A DNA stretch of 64,000 bases from Candidatus Hydrogenedentota bacterium. Lineage in GTDB: Bacteria > Hydrogenedentota > Hydrogenedentia > Hydrogenedentales > JAEUWI01. The notes beneath the pieces are model-generated. The model did no database searches. It was not told where the DNA came from and saw nothing but the letters and a program-made list of their open reading frames with translations. Position numbers and translations under genes: made by a program. The stretch spans positions 8,690 to 72,689 of the forward strand of contig JAXMOL010000033.1 of the NCBI GenBank assembly GCA_034669905.1, written 5' to 3'. This document shows positions 29,770-39,456 of the stretch, piece after piece. Each line of letters begins with the position of its first letter. Position 1 is the first letter of the stretch.

Positions 29770-30750
29770 TTGATAAAGCATCGTTTCATCTGCGCGTTAG
29801 CCTACCTGGTAGCCAGCTATTTTACGATGGCGGATATCGCGGTAGCCGATCAACTTCCCCGGGTCATCGTGTCCACCGACATTGGCGGTAGTGACCCCGA
29901 CGACTTCCAGTCCATGGTCCACTACCTGATCTATGCCGACCGTTTCGATACGGAGGGGCTCATCAGTTCACCGCCGGACAAAGGACGGGCGGCCCATATT
30001 ATGGAAGCCATCGCGGCCTACGAGGGCGACTATCCGAATCTGCGCAGCTGGTCCGACGCCTACCCCGCGCCCGATGCCCTCCGCGCCGTGGTCCGACAGG
30101 GGGCGACCGAGCGCCAGCCGGAGGATGTTCCCACCGCGATCAGCGAAGGGGCGCGACTCATCGTGGAACGGGCCAACGTCGAAGATGCGCGACCACTCTA
30201 CGTGTTGGTCTGGGGCTCCATTACCGACGTCGCCCAGGCGGTGCATGCGGACCCAGGCATCAAGAAAACCCTCCGTGTGCATTCCATTGGTTCTTGGAAT
30301 ACGTCGATGGACAAGAAGGCCCGGGCCTACTTGTTTAATCACCACCCGGACCTCTGGTGGATTGAGAGCGATACGACCTTTCGGGGCATGTATATGGGCG
30401 GTGAGCAGGGGGGCGAATGGGGTAACCTGGCCTTTCCGGAGGCCCACGTGAAGGGCCATGGCCATCTGGGTGCCCTCTTCATGGCGCAAAAAAAAGACAT
30501 TAAAATGGGCGATACGCCGACCGTGCTCTACATGCTCCACGGCGATCCCAACACCCCCGAGTCCGATCACTGGGGCGGCGCCTTCATCCGCCCCGACCCG
30601 GAAAAGCGGCCTGATTATTGGCACGACAATCCCGATGCCGCACTCGCGGTGAAAGACAAGCGGGGCGCGGTCACGGTGAATCGTTGGCGCAAGGATTTTC
30701 TGAGTGATTGGGCCGCGCGGATGGATCGGGCGCGCGAGAAGATGGAATAG
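29770..30750 (+). CDS. DUF1593 / nucleoside hydrolase-like secreted protein (copy 2)
   Basis: TTG start after AAGGAG; PRVIVSTDIGGSDPDDFQSMVHYLIY, KMGDTP; closely similar to copy 1 throughout. Confidence 0.85.
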   Translation: MIKHRFICALAYLVASYFTMADIAVADQLPRVIVSTDIGGSDPDDFQSMVHYLIYADRFDTEGLISSPPDKGRAAHIMEAIAAYEGDYPNLRSWSDAYPAPDALRAVVRQGATERQPEDVPTAISEGARLIVERANVEDARPLYVLVWGSITDVAQAVHADPGIKKTLRVHSIGSWNTSMDKKARAYLFNHHPDLWWIESDTTFRGMYMGGEQGGEWGNLAFPEAHVKGHGHLGALFMAQKKDIKMGDTPTVLYMLHGDPNTPESDHWGGAFIRPDPEKRPDYWHDNPDAALAVKDKRGAVTVNRWRKDFLSDWAARMDRAREKME

Positions 30751-30764
30751 CTGAACCAGAATAA

Positions 30765-30851
30765 GTGTTCAGAGATGACACCGAAATATTCCTTAAAACC
30801 ATAATCCCCAGCCGCAAAGCGACGCGCCACTATCTGGGAGTATCCGAATGA
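30765..30851 (+). pseudogene. 3' remnant of a BrnT-like toxin gene
   Basis: Reads VFRDDTEIFLKTIIPSRKATRHYLGVSE*. Its TGA overlaps the antitoxin ATG (ATGA at 30848-30851). In-frame TAA directly upstream at 30762. Confidence 0.75.
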
Positions 30852-31132
30852 AACGCCATACGTTGGACAAAGAAGAGCAAGAAACTCTTGACGCTTTCGA
30901 AGGTGGGGAGTTGGAATCCGCGCTCACCCCGGAACGACGAGACCAACTTGCCTCCATCGCCCGGGATACCTTCAAGAAAGACCAGCGCATCAATATCCGT
31001 CTTTCCGCGCATGACCTGGATGGATTGAAGCGGCGCGCCCTGGCCGAGGGCATCCCCTATCAGACGCTGGTGTCGAGCATCCTCCATAAGTACGTCTCCG
31101 GTAGTCTTTACGATGTCAACGCGGGGAAGTAA
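30848..31132 (+). CDS. Antitoxin (BrnA/CopG-like ribbon-helix-helix)
   Basis: LDKEEQETL..KKDQRINIRLS..DLDGLKRRALAEGIPYQTLVSSILHKY. Confidence 0.85.
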   Translation: MKRHTLDKEEQETLDAFEGGELESALTPERRDQLASIARDTFKKDQRINIRLSAHDLDGLKRRALAEGIPYQTLVSSILHKYVSGSLYDVNAGK

Positions 31133-31231
31133 GGGAACTTGTCTCCAGCATATTGCCATTGGGAATCTACCCTGATGCCCCGCCAAATTTCCGCGCCCCC
31201 ATGCCCCCCTGAAATTCACTCGTATTCGCCC

Positions 31232-31639
31232 ATGAGCACACCCCGAAAATCAGCAGTCTATCTCGCCTGTGCCATGGTGGTCCTTATACTTGGCCTGGCA
31301 TCACGGCGCTATGGGACCTACCTGCCCCCATCCGTCGCAACCTATGCGGGGGACACCCTGTGGGCGCTCCTGGTCTTCCTGGGAGGCAGTGCCCTGATGC
31401 CCGGGCTTCGCTTGTCCTATCGGGCGGGAATGGCCGTTGCCTTCGCGTTTTTCATCGAGCTGGGTCAGCTGTATCATGCGCCGTGGATCGACGGGCTGCG
31501 CGACACCACCCTTGGCGGTCTGGTGCTGGGCTTCGGGTTTCTGTGGTCGGATCTGCTCTGCTACCTGGTGGGGATTGGCATGGGGGTCGCGGCGGATTGG
31601 GCCGTGCGGGGACTGCACCGACGCGATGTCGGTAGGTGA
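31232..31639 (+). CDS. DUF2809 membrane protein
   Basis: LGLASRRY..YAGDTLWAL..IELGQLYHAPWID..LGGLVLGFGFLWSDLLCY. Confidence 0.85.
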   Translation: MSTPRKSAVYLACAMVVLILGLASRRYGTYLPPSVATYAGDTLWALLVFLGGSALMPGLRLSYRAGMAVAFAFFIELGQLYHAPWIDGLRDTTLGGLVLGFGFLWSDLLCYLVGIGMGVAADWAVRGLHRRDVGR

Positions 31640-31694
31640 GGCCGGTGTTCGCAGGGGCGAGCGAGGGCGTGTCGTCATGGAGGAAGAAACGGGA

Positions 31695-31872
31695 CGTCGG
31701 GGCTGTCCCCCTCTTAAAGACGACCGCGGCCTTCGACGCTACGCATAGTAGCCCTTCGCGTGTCCTGCACCCATAAGCTCCCCCGCTTCGCTCCTCCGCG
31801 TAAGGGTGGCACCCTTAGAGTCATCTGCTTTGAGAGGAGGCAGCGCTCTTCAAGAGGGGGACAGCCTCGACG
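31695..31872. repeat. Composite palindromic element
   Basis: 26-bp IR (24/26 matches) at 31695-31720 / 31847-31872 enclosing a 48-bp core (31767-31814) that recurs inverted at 53848-53895. Confidence 0.8.
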
Positions 31873-32031
31873 GGCATCGCTTCCGGCCCAGTCCGACACT
31901 TCCTCGTTCGCCAAGTCGCAACTCCTTCGAACACATCGTGCACGCGGTCGAGGCAGTCCCCATAGAAAACGCCCGGTGACCAAGGGCACCGGGCGTTCCA
32001 TTCAATCAAGCTATCTAAACTAAGCGATGGC

Positions 32032-33492
32032 CTAGTAGCGGTAGTGGTCGGGCTTGTAGGGGCCTTCTTTGGGGATGCTCATGTACTTGGACTGGGCGTC
32101 GGTAAGGACGTCGAGACGGGCACCGAGTTTCTCCAGGTGGAGGCGGGCCACTTCTTCGTCGAGCAACTTGGGCAGGGTATAGACCTTGCCGACTTCGTAT
32201 TTTTCGGGCTCGGTGAAGAGGGCAATCTGCGCCAGGGTCTGGTTGGCGAAGGAGTTGGACATGACGAAGGAGGGGTGGCCGGTGGCACAACCCAGGTTTA
32301 CCAGACGGCCTTTGGCAAGGACGATGATGGACTTTCCGTCAGGGAAGGTAAACTTGTCGACCTGGGGTTTGATTTCCAGTTCGACCACGCCGGGCATGTT
32401 CTCCAGTGCGGCAATCTGAATCTCGGAGTCAAAGTGGCCGATGTTGCAGACAATCGAGTTGTCCTTCATGGCCTTCATGTGCTCGAGGGTGATGACGTCG
32501 GCGCAGCCCGTGGTGGTGACGAAGATGTCGCCCTGGGTGGCGGCTTCGGCCATGGGAAGGACTTCGTAGCCTTCCATGCAGGCCTGGAGGGCACAGATGG
32601 GGTCGATTTCCGTGACCATCACGCGGGCTCCGAGGCCCTTCATGGCGTCGGCACAGCCCTTACCCACGTCACCGTAACCGGCGACGACGACGACCTTACC
32701 GGCGATCATCACGTCGGTGGCGCGCTTGATGCCATCGGCGAGGGATTCGCGGCAGCCATAGAGGTTGTCGAACTTGGACTTGGTGACCGAGTCGTTCACG
32801 TTCATGGCGCGGGTGCGGAGTTCGCCTTTTTCCATCATCTGGTAAAGACGGTGCACACCGGTGGTGGTTTCTTCCGAAACGCCAATCCAGTTATCGATGG
32901 TCTTGTGCCAGCGGTTGGGATCTTCCGCGTGGACCTTGTGGAGGAGCGTGTCGACCACTTCGATTTCTTCGTTGTCCGTGCAGATTTCGGGGAGCGTGCC
33001 GTGGGCATTGTAGTGCTTTTCGAAATCGTAGCCACGGTGGATGAGGAGCGTGGCGTCACCACCGTCGTCCACGATCATGTTCAGCGTGCGGCCGCCGGAG
33101 AAGAGCATGGCCTGGTAGGTGCACCACCAGTATTCTTCCAGGGATTCGCCCTTCCAGGCGAAGACGGGCACGCCGGTCTTGGCGATGGCGGCGGCGGCGT
33201 GGTCCTGCGTCGAGAAGATGTTGCAGCTGGCCCAGCGCACTTCGGCACCGAGGGCGACGAGGGTTTCAATCAACACGGCCGTCTGGATGGTCATGTGGAG
33301 GGAGCCCATTATGACGGCACCCTTGAGGGGCTTGTCGGCGGCGTACCGATCGCGGATGGCGACGAGGCCGGGCATTTCGATTTCTGCGATGTCGAGTTCT
33401 TTGCGGCCCCAGTCGGCCAGGCTCATGTCCGCAACCTTGTAAGGCAGGGCGGGGTCGATAGCCGGAATTCGGTCTGTGGTGGCAACAGCCAT
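32032..33492 (-). CDS. ahcY: Adenosylhomocysteinase
   Basis: [71 protein letters not shown]; AAGGAG RBS. Confidence 0.98.
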   Translation of the reverse strand: MAVATTDRIPAIDPALPYKVADMSLADWGRKELDIAEIEMPGLVAIRDRYAADKPLKGAVIMGSLHMTIQTAVLIETLVALGAEVRWASCNIFSTQDHAAAAIAKTGVPVFAWKGESLEEYWWCTYQAMLFSGGRTLNMIVDDGGDATLLIHRGYDFEKHYNAHGTLPEICTDNEEIEVVDTLLHKVHAEDPNRWHKTIDNWIGVSEETTTGVHRLYQMMEKGELRTRAMNVNDSVTKSKFDNLYGCRESLADGIKRATDVMIAGKVVVVAGYGDVGKGCADAMKGLGARVMVTEIDPICALQACMEGYEVLPMAEAATQGDIFVTTTGCADVITLEHMKAMKDNSIVCNIGHFDSEIQIAALENMPGVVELEIKPQVDKFTFPDGKSIIVLAKGRLVNLGCATGHPSFVMSNSFANQTLAQIALFTEPEKYEVGKVYTLPKLLDEEVARLHLEKLGARLDVLTDAQSKYMSIPKEGPYKPDHYRY

Positions 33493-33765
33493 GGTGTATT
33501 CTCCTTGTTTTCTCAATGGGTTTTACGTGAAAAATCGGTATGTAACCGGAGGCCGAGGGCCTCTGAGTGCAGCGCGAGGCCACAGCGGGTTAGCGGGGGT
33601 TAAGAGCGCAGAGTATAGTAGCTGCCTTCAATTTCTATCAAGTTTCGTAATTCTGTTTTTCAGGGGGCTTCCCAGCGCTGCGGTTCCTTTCCCCTCCGGG
33701 GGGCGCTGGCTGGCGGGGTGGGCCCGTCGCAACAGGCGGAAGTTCAAACTGTCTGAATCGTCGCA

Positions 33766-35382
33766 CTAACGGGCCAGTCCGCCCGGCATGGTTACCCGGC
33801 CCCCGTAACGATGGAGCAGTCGGGCCGCACTTTCTTTTCCGAAGAAGAGGGCCTCTTCCATGGGGGTTTTCTGGAACATACGGTCACTGCGGTTTACATC
33901 GGCGCCGTGTAGGAGGAGCTGTTGCACCAAATCATCCCGCCCCCGTACCGAAGCCGCGTGCAAGGGCGTAAAGCCAAAGGAGCCTGCGTTGCGGTCGATG
34001 GCGCGAGGCTGCCGTTCCAGCAACTCAAACAGGGCGGTCTCATTGTTTAAGGCGATGGCGCTGATGGGGTCCAGGGTCGCGCCGCGCTCCAGGAGGTAGT
34101 GACACAGGGTGGTGTGGCCCCGCTCCGCCGCAATCTGAAGGGGGGTAGCGCCAATGCGCAATTTCCGCGAGAGCGCGCCCTCATCGGCATGGAGCAATGA
34201 GTCGGCCAGGCCCACGTGTCCAAGCGCTGCCGCGGTGAAGATATCAAGTCGCAGGCCGGCGTGGCGCACCCGCTCGATCAGGCCCTCGTTGCCATTGCAG
34301 GCCGCGAGGTGGAGCAGGTTTTTGCCATTGTTCATCACCCGACGGGGGTCGCCGCCCCGGGAAAGTAAGCGACTGAGCAAGGCATCGTGACCGAAGTCCA
34401 CCGCCAGGTGCACGCTGGTGCAGCCCCAGTGATCGACGGTATTCGGATTCGCGCCATGGTCAAGCAGTGCGGTTACCAGGGCCTCATGCCCCCCACAGAC
34501 GGCCCAATGAAGGGCGGTGCGGTGCCAGGGGCCCGTCGTATCGACTGGAGTCGCGGGCAGGGCGCGGAGCACGGCGGCGCGATGCCCGAGGGCCGCTGCC
34601 GCAAAGAAATCCGGCTGGGCACCGGCGCTCAAGAGGCTTGTGGTGATTTCATCCCGCTGGCTGTAGTGGGCCGCGTGGGCCGCAAAGAGCAGCAGCGACA
34701 ACCCTTCACTGTTCCGCGCCTGCAGCAGGTCGGGTTGCTCGATCAATAAGGTCTGTACCCGGGCACGGTGTCCATGCCAGGCCGCCATGAAAATCTGGGT
34801 TTCGGCCGAAAACGCCGTGGCTTCTGCCGGGGATGGGTCCACCGTCACCCGCGCGGGTTCCACCAGGCGGGCCAGTTTCTGGCGGGCATTGTAGAGGCGC
34901 TTTTTTACCGTGGTCAGGGGGAGTCCCAGTTTTTCGGCGATAGCTTTCTGGGGGGTGTTCTCCCAATAGACCGCATGCAGGAGCGCGCGCTGTGTATCGG
35001 TAAGCTCCTTAAGGCCTTGCTGCAAAATAGCTTGCGGGACCTGGTCCTTCAGCAGGCCCTCGGGGAGGCGCGGCTCATCCGCCACATCGGCACCATGGAT
35101 GAGTTCCACCGTGGGGAGCGTCTTCTTCCGGGTGACCCGGTCGCATTGTTTTACCAGAATCCGTTTGAACCACGACGAGAAGGCGTGGGGCGATTGGAGC
35201 TGATGAATCTTCAGCGCCGCCTCCAGAAATGCCTCCTGAACCACCTCTTCCGCCCGATGGTGGTCGCCCAGCCATGCGAATGCCCGCTCATGGGCCGTGC
35301 CACCGAAACGGGACACGAGGGCATTGAAGGCCTCCGTATCGCCGTTCTGGGCATCTAAAACGATGGATTTGAGCGGTTTCAT
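33766..35382 (-). CDS. ECF sigma-70 factor fused to ankyrin repeats
   Basis: Sigma2 AEEVVQEAFL..FSSWFKRI; sigma4 IAEKLGLPLTTVKKRLYNARQKL; ankyrin repeats TALHWAV..GANPN, TPLQIAAERGH, TPLHAAS..GADVN. Confidence 0.88.
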   Translation of the reverse strand: MKPLKSIVLDAQNGDTEAFNALVSRFGGTAHERAFAWLGDHHRAEEVVQEAFLEAALKIHQLQSPHAFSSWFKRILVKQCDRVTRKKTLPTVELIHGADVADEPRLPEGLLKDQVPQAILQQGLKELTDTQRALLHAVYWENTPQKAIAEKLGLPLTTVKKRLYNARQKLARLVEPARVTVDPSPAEATAFSAETQIFMAAWHGHRARVQTLLIEQPDLLQARNSEGLSLLLFAAHAAHYSQRDEITTSLLSAGAQPDFFAAAALGHRAAVLRALPATPVDTTGPWHRTALHWAVCGGHEALVTALLDHGANPNTVDHWGCTSVHLAVDFGHDALLSRLLSRGGDPRRVMNNGKNLLHLAACNGNEGLIERVRHAGLRLDIFTAAALGHVGLADSLLHADEGALSRKLRIGATPLQIAAERGHTTLCHYLLERGATLDPISAIALNNETALFELLERQPRAIDRNAGSFGFTPLHAASVRGRDDLVQQLLLHGADVNRSDRMFQKTPMEEALFFGKESAARLLHRYGGRVTMPGGLAR

Positions 35383-35526
35383 AGGGTTCCTGGGGTGGTT
35401 TTTGGACGAGTTACGGGTAGCTTTGGCGAAAAATGGGTCGCTGCGGACTCATTCCCCTCATTATACCGTGAAAGTCCCACTTTGTGCGCTGTGGGATACC
35501 TATGGGAGCAAAATGGGCCTATTCTT

Positions 35527-35606
35527 GTGGACTTTGTGGACGAGGTGGACTGGGTGGACTGGGTGGACGGTGCTGCTGGTCCACCTCGTCCACAGTGTCC
35601 ACAAAG
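35527..35606. repeat. 9-bp-period GTGGACNNN repeats (5 forward, 3 inverted)
   Basis: GTGGAC at 35527, 35536, 35545, 35554, 35563; GTCCAC at 35579, 35588, 35597. Confidence 0.85.
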
Positions 35607-35630
35607 TTTCAAGGCGTCGCTTTCGCGCTC

Positions 35631-35660
35631 TTGACGCATGACCTATATTCGGTCTATATT
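35631..35660 (+). promoter_or_regulatory. Putative TA-operon promoter with overlapping operator
   Basis: TTGACG-18 nt-TATATT, with palindrome GACC-TATATTC-GGTC (35640-35654) between the boxes, as expected for antitoxin autorepression. Confidence 0.55.
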
Positions 35661-35688
35661 AAGTTCGATACGACAGAAAGGATATTCC

Positions 35689-35964
35689 ATGCGACTTTCC
35701 ACCCAAATCAAACCCATCAGCTACCTCAAGGCCCACGCGGCGGAAATCGTCCGCGAGCTCGGCAAGGACGGCGAGCCCCTCGTGATTACCCAGAATGGCG
35801 AGGCCAAGGCCATCATGCAGAGTCTGGCGGAATACGAGCGCACCCAGGAGACGTTGGCGCTGTTAAAAATCCTGGCCTTGGGGCGTAAGGATGTGGAAGA
35901 AGGTAAACTTGTTCCCGCAGACGAATTCTTTACCGAATTCCGTGCGAAACGAAACATAGATTGA
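35689..35964 (+). CDS. Phd/YefM family antitoxin
   Basis: IKPISYLKAHAAEIV..PLVITQNGEAKAI..YERTQETLALLKIL. Confidence 0.92.
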   Translation: MRLSTQIKPISYLKAHAAEIVRELGKDGEPLVITQNGEAKAIMQSLAEYERTQETLALLKILALGRKDVEEGKLVPADEFFTEFRAKRNID

Positions 35965-36290
35965 TGGCGTACGAAGTCTTCCTGACGGAAAAGGCGCAAC
36001 GAGATCTAATTGAGATCTACGACTACATCGCGGACAACGACTCTCCGGAAGCGGCCGACTACGTTTACGAAAGCATCGAGGAGGTCATTCAAAGTCTTCG
36101 TGAGCTTCCTCACCGAGGCGTGTGTCCCAAAGAATTCCTCGAACGCGGGGTGACGGACTTCCGCGAACTTTTTTTCAAGCCCTACCGCATTATTTACGAA
36201 GTAGAGGGCAGCGCGGTCTATGTGTACTTGGTGGCAGATGGTCGACGAAATATGTCGGCCCTTCTTCAACGGCGACTACTGGCCGAATAA
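35964..36290 (+). CDS. RelE/ParE family toxin
   Basis: YEVFLTEKAQRDLIEIYDYIA..PHRG..FRELFFKPYRIIY..DGRR; TGATG overlap with the antitoxin. Confidence 0.92.
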   Translation: MAYEVFLTEKAQRDLIEIYDYIADNDSPEAADYVYESIEEVIQSLRELPHRGVCPKEFLERGVTDFRELFFKPYRIIYEVEGSAVYVYLVADGRRNMSALLQRRLLAE

Positions 36291-36299
36291 AGATTCGGG

Positions 36300-37679
36300 C
36301 TACCGCCGCACCTCGAACAGGATATCGCCCTTCTCCTCCTGTTCCGCTCGCTTCCGAAACGCCACGCCGCCGTCATCGGCCAGGTTTTCGCCGACGCTGT
36401 AGAGCAGGTAGCCCCTTTTCTTCATCACGTAGCGAATCGGCTCACCATCGAAGGGGTCGGCCATATTGAGGGCGGGATTGGATGCGACCAGGGCGGCGAG
36501 GCTAGCGGGCAACGCGCCATGTTGCACCCGATGGCGCTCCAGGGCCAGGGCGGTGCGGGTGAGGTTTAATTTCGCGCGAATTTTGATGACACCAGGAACA
36601 TTTTCGAATGGCCCCATTTCGTAGTCCTCAGAGAACCGATTGCCCGACGCCGATGCTGAGGCTTCACGCTCCCTGATAATTGAGGCGGCTTCGCTCCACG
36701 GTTTCTCGCAACAATGATAAGCCGCCAGTGCGTTTTCCAATACCCGCAATTTGAAGCGCTCATAGTCCCGGCCCGCGAGCCATTTAATCGCTCCGTCGGA
36801 AAGGGGGGATTGGGCGGCATACGTCCAATAGGGATCCAGCAAGAGAAACCATCGCGGTTCGAGGATGTCTCCCGGATCGGTATGTTGCACGAGGGACATA
36901 CGAAACCAGGCAATCGGGTCGAGCGGTTCGAGCAGGGCGGCCATGCCCTCCAGCTCCCGCTCCGAAAAGGGCCGATGGTTCAGCGCCCGTTCGATGACTT
37001 CGCAGGTGACGTGTGCCGTGGCGCTTCGGTAGGAGGCCACATAGTCCTCATAGAGTTTGTACGCCGATGCCTGCCCACCCAGAAGCCGCCATAGCGCCTC
37101 GTCATCACCGGTTGCGAGGGCCAGGTCGAAGGCTACCCGGACGGTATCGCGCATACGTTGTATTTCAACGGCGAACTCGTACCAATCTTCTCTATCTTCC
37201 ATTGGCGTCGGTGCCAGGGAGGTGGTGTCCATATAGGGCTGCTCCACGCCCAGGAGGAAGGCGTCAATCGCCGGCTGGTTCATGTCCACAAAGGCCGTCA
37301 TAGCCGCGATACGCGCTTCGGAGTAGACCTCATAGGGCGCGGGCGCTTCGCCTTGGCCCACATAGGGAAGCAGATCGAAGTGGTCATTTGAGACGCCTCG
37401 CCACAATCTCAGGGCTTCTTTGATAGGGGGGGCGCCTTGGTTATTTTCCGCAAGCAACGGTTGTTGGGCCGCCCAACCGGCCCAGGTGGAAGGGTAGCCC
37501 GTCGCCTCATATGTCTCGCGTACCTGGTCCTGCTCGGCTTGGATGGCGGCAATTGCGCGGGATTGCCACCACAGGCCTGCGCCGGTGATTGTCGCGGCAA
37601 GCAACAGGGGTGCGAGACACAGCAGCACAACGCCGAGAAGACGTTTCCGCGACCAGCCACGCTTTTCATGTTGTTTCAT
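36300..37679 (-). CDS. Hypothetical membrane-anchored helical protein with a GspG-like C-terminal motif
   Basis: N-terminal TM; C-terminal ALALERHR..G.LPASLAALV..DPFDGEPIRY..LYSVGENLADDGG. Confidence 0.7.
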   Translation of the reverse strand: MKQHEKRGWSRKRLLGVVLLCLAPLLLAATITGAGLWWQSRAIAAIQAEQDQVRETYEATGYPSTWAGWAAQQPLLAENNQGAPPIKEALRLWRGVSNDHFDLLPYVGQGEAPAPYEVYSEARIAAMTAFVDMNQPAIDAFLLGVEQPYMDTTSLAPTPMEDREDWYEFAVEIQRMRDTVRVAFDLALATGDDEALWRLLGGQASAYKLYEDYVASYRSATAHVTCEVIERALNHRPFSERELEGMAALLEPLDPIAWFRMSLVQHTDPGDILEPRWFLLLDPYWTYAAQSPLSDGAIKWLAGRDYERFKLRVLENALAAYHCCEKPWSEAASIIREREASASASGNRFSEDYEMGPFENVPGVIKIRAKLNLTRTALALERHRVQHGALPASLAALVASNPALNMADPFDGEPIRYVMKKRGYLLYSVGENLADDGGVAFRKRAEQEEKGDILFEVRR

Positions 37680-37779
37680 CGTAGGGGCCATCCTTTTCGA
37701 ATGAAGTGTCTACTATTGGTCTGTTTCAAAGTTGTGGGAACTTATTTCGCCAGTCCCATTTCAGTTAGTCCCCTGCCAA

Positions 37780-37860
37780 TTCCCCTCCTGGGAGGTGCCA
37801 GGGGTGGGTTAGCGGCGCTTTTTGTGACTTGACCCACCCCCAAACCCTCCGAGGAGGGGA
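37780..37860. repeat. REP-like palindrome pair (TCCCCTCC..GGGGTGGGT / ACCCACCCC..GGAGGGGA)
   Basis: Inverted arms visible; a half-copy at about 27990-28010. Confidence 0.65.
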
Positions 37861-38115
37861 GTACTATCGGATATCGGTCGAGGATTTCGCACTAGATTTA
37901 ATGACCCATCTGCGTGAATCACACCACTATACCTGACGGGGAAAGCTTCTATTTTGATTGACGCGGCCATGGTGCCTCGCAGGGACGATAGGGACAGGAC
38001 AGACCGCGTTGATTGGTGGGGCCGTGGCGCGGTATTCGCTGCCTTGGTTTATTTGTGCGCATAGCGTCGTGCTTACGTATAATCTCCGTTTCCCTGTAGC
38101 TTTCTGGAGTACCTG

Positions 38116-39360
38116 ATGAACGAAATTGCCGAAGACGCAGTCATGCAAGAAATCGAGGCCTCCCAGCCGGTGTCCGCCACCGCTGCGACGACCACCATGA
38201 GTGTGTTGGTCGCCCTGAGTCTGTCTCACATGATGAACGACACGATTCAGGCGGTACTACCTGCCATATACCCCCTCCTCAAGGCGAACTACACCCTCTC
38301 CTTCACCGAAATCGGCCTGATTAGTGTGGCCTTCATGATGTCTTCATCGGTGCTCCAGCCCCTGATAGGGCTCTACACCGACCGCAACCCCAAACCCTAT
38401 TCACTCGCCATGGGCATGGGGATTACCCTGTGTGGCCTGTTGCTCCTGTCGACCGCGGGGACTTATCCCATTGTGCTTGCCTCGGCCGCCATGATAGGTA
38501 GTGGGTCTGCGATATTTCATCCTGAGGCCTCGCGCTTGGCCCATTTGGCCGCGGGGCGTCGCCATGGCTTCGCCCAAAGCCTTTTTCAGGTCGGTGGTAA
38601 CTTCGGGAGTTCTCTCGGGCCCTTGCTCGCGGCGTGGATTATTGTGCCCCGTGGCCAGGGGGCCGTGGTGTGGTTTTCACTCATTGCCTGCGTGGCCATC
38701 TTCGTGTTGACCATGGTGGGCCGTTGGTACGCCGGGCACCTGGACGCACGCCGTCGCAATGCCGGGGCCGTGGCGCCTGCGAAGCCCAAGTACCAGCTGT
38801 CACGCCGGGCGACCATGGTTGCCCTGAGCATTCTCGTGGTGCTGATTATGTCGAAGTTTTTCTACATGATCAGCCTGACGAATTATTACACCTTTTATCT
38901 CATCGATAAGTTTGGTGTCTCCGTGCAGGCGTCCCAGATTTACCTTTTCGTGTTTCTCTTTGCCGTAGCGGCGGGCACGATCGCGGGCGGGCCCCTCGGT
39001 GATCACTTCGGGCGGAAGGCGATAATATGGGTGTCCATACTTGGCGTCGCGCCCTTCTCCCTGGCCTTGCCCCACATGGGCCTGACGGGCACGGTGGTGT
39101 TGAGCATGTTTGCCGGAGCCATTCTGGCGTCGGCCTTTTCGGCGATCCTGGTCTTTGCCCAGGAGTTGGTGCCGGGCCGGGTCGGACTGGTGGCCGGGCT
39201 CTTTTTCGGCTTCGCCTTTGGCATCAGCGGGATTGCTTCGGCCGCCCTGGGCAAGGTGGCGGATTGGACGAGTATCGGCTACGTCTTCCAGGTGTGCGCC
39301 TACCTGCCTTTGCTCGGTATCTTTGCGGCGTTCCTGCCGGGACGGAAGCACCGGGTGTGA
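38116..39360 (+). CDS. fsr: MFS transporter, fosmidomycin-resistance (Fsr) family
   Basis: SHMMNDTIQ, QPLIGLYTD, IFHPEASR, AQSLFQVGGNFG, GGPLGDHFGRK, AQELVPGRVG. Confidence 0.88.
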   Translation: MNEIAEDAVMQEIEASQPVSATAATTTMSVLVALSLSHMMNDTIQAVLPAIYPLLKANYTLSFTEIGLISVAFMMSSSVLQPLIGLYTDRNPKPYSLAMGMGITLCGLLLLSTAGTYPIVLASAAMIGSGSAIFHPEASRLAHLAAGRRHGFAQSLFQVGGNFGSSLGPLLAAWIIVPRGQGAVVWFSLIACVAIFVLTMVGRWYAGHLDARRRNAGAVAPAKPKYQLSRRATMVALSILVVLIMSKFFYMISLTNYYTFYLIDKFGVSVQASQIYLFVFLFAVAAGTIAGGPLGDHFGRKAIIWVSILGVAPFSLALPHMGLTGTVVLSMFAGAILASAFSAILVFAQELVPGRVGLVAGLFFGFAFGISGIASAALGKVADWTSIGYVFQVCAYLPLLGIFAAFLPGRKHRV

Positions 39361-39456
39361 CGAGAGCGCAGGCTGGAGCGGGCTGTGCCCTATCAGGCTG
39401 TGTCGCCCTTTCGTGCCGAAGACCTTTGAGAAGAATCTCCAGGTGCCCGAAGGCGC

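Noticed and set aside
33493-33765. Canonical SAH or SAM riboswitch upstream of ahcY
   Set aside because: Consensus aptamer motifs were not found by eye; kept only as a candidate novel leader.
35689-36290. Phd-RelE/ParE pair as a novel defence system
   Set aside because: It is an ordinary type II toxin-antitoxin module.
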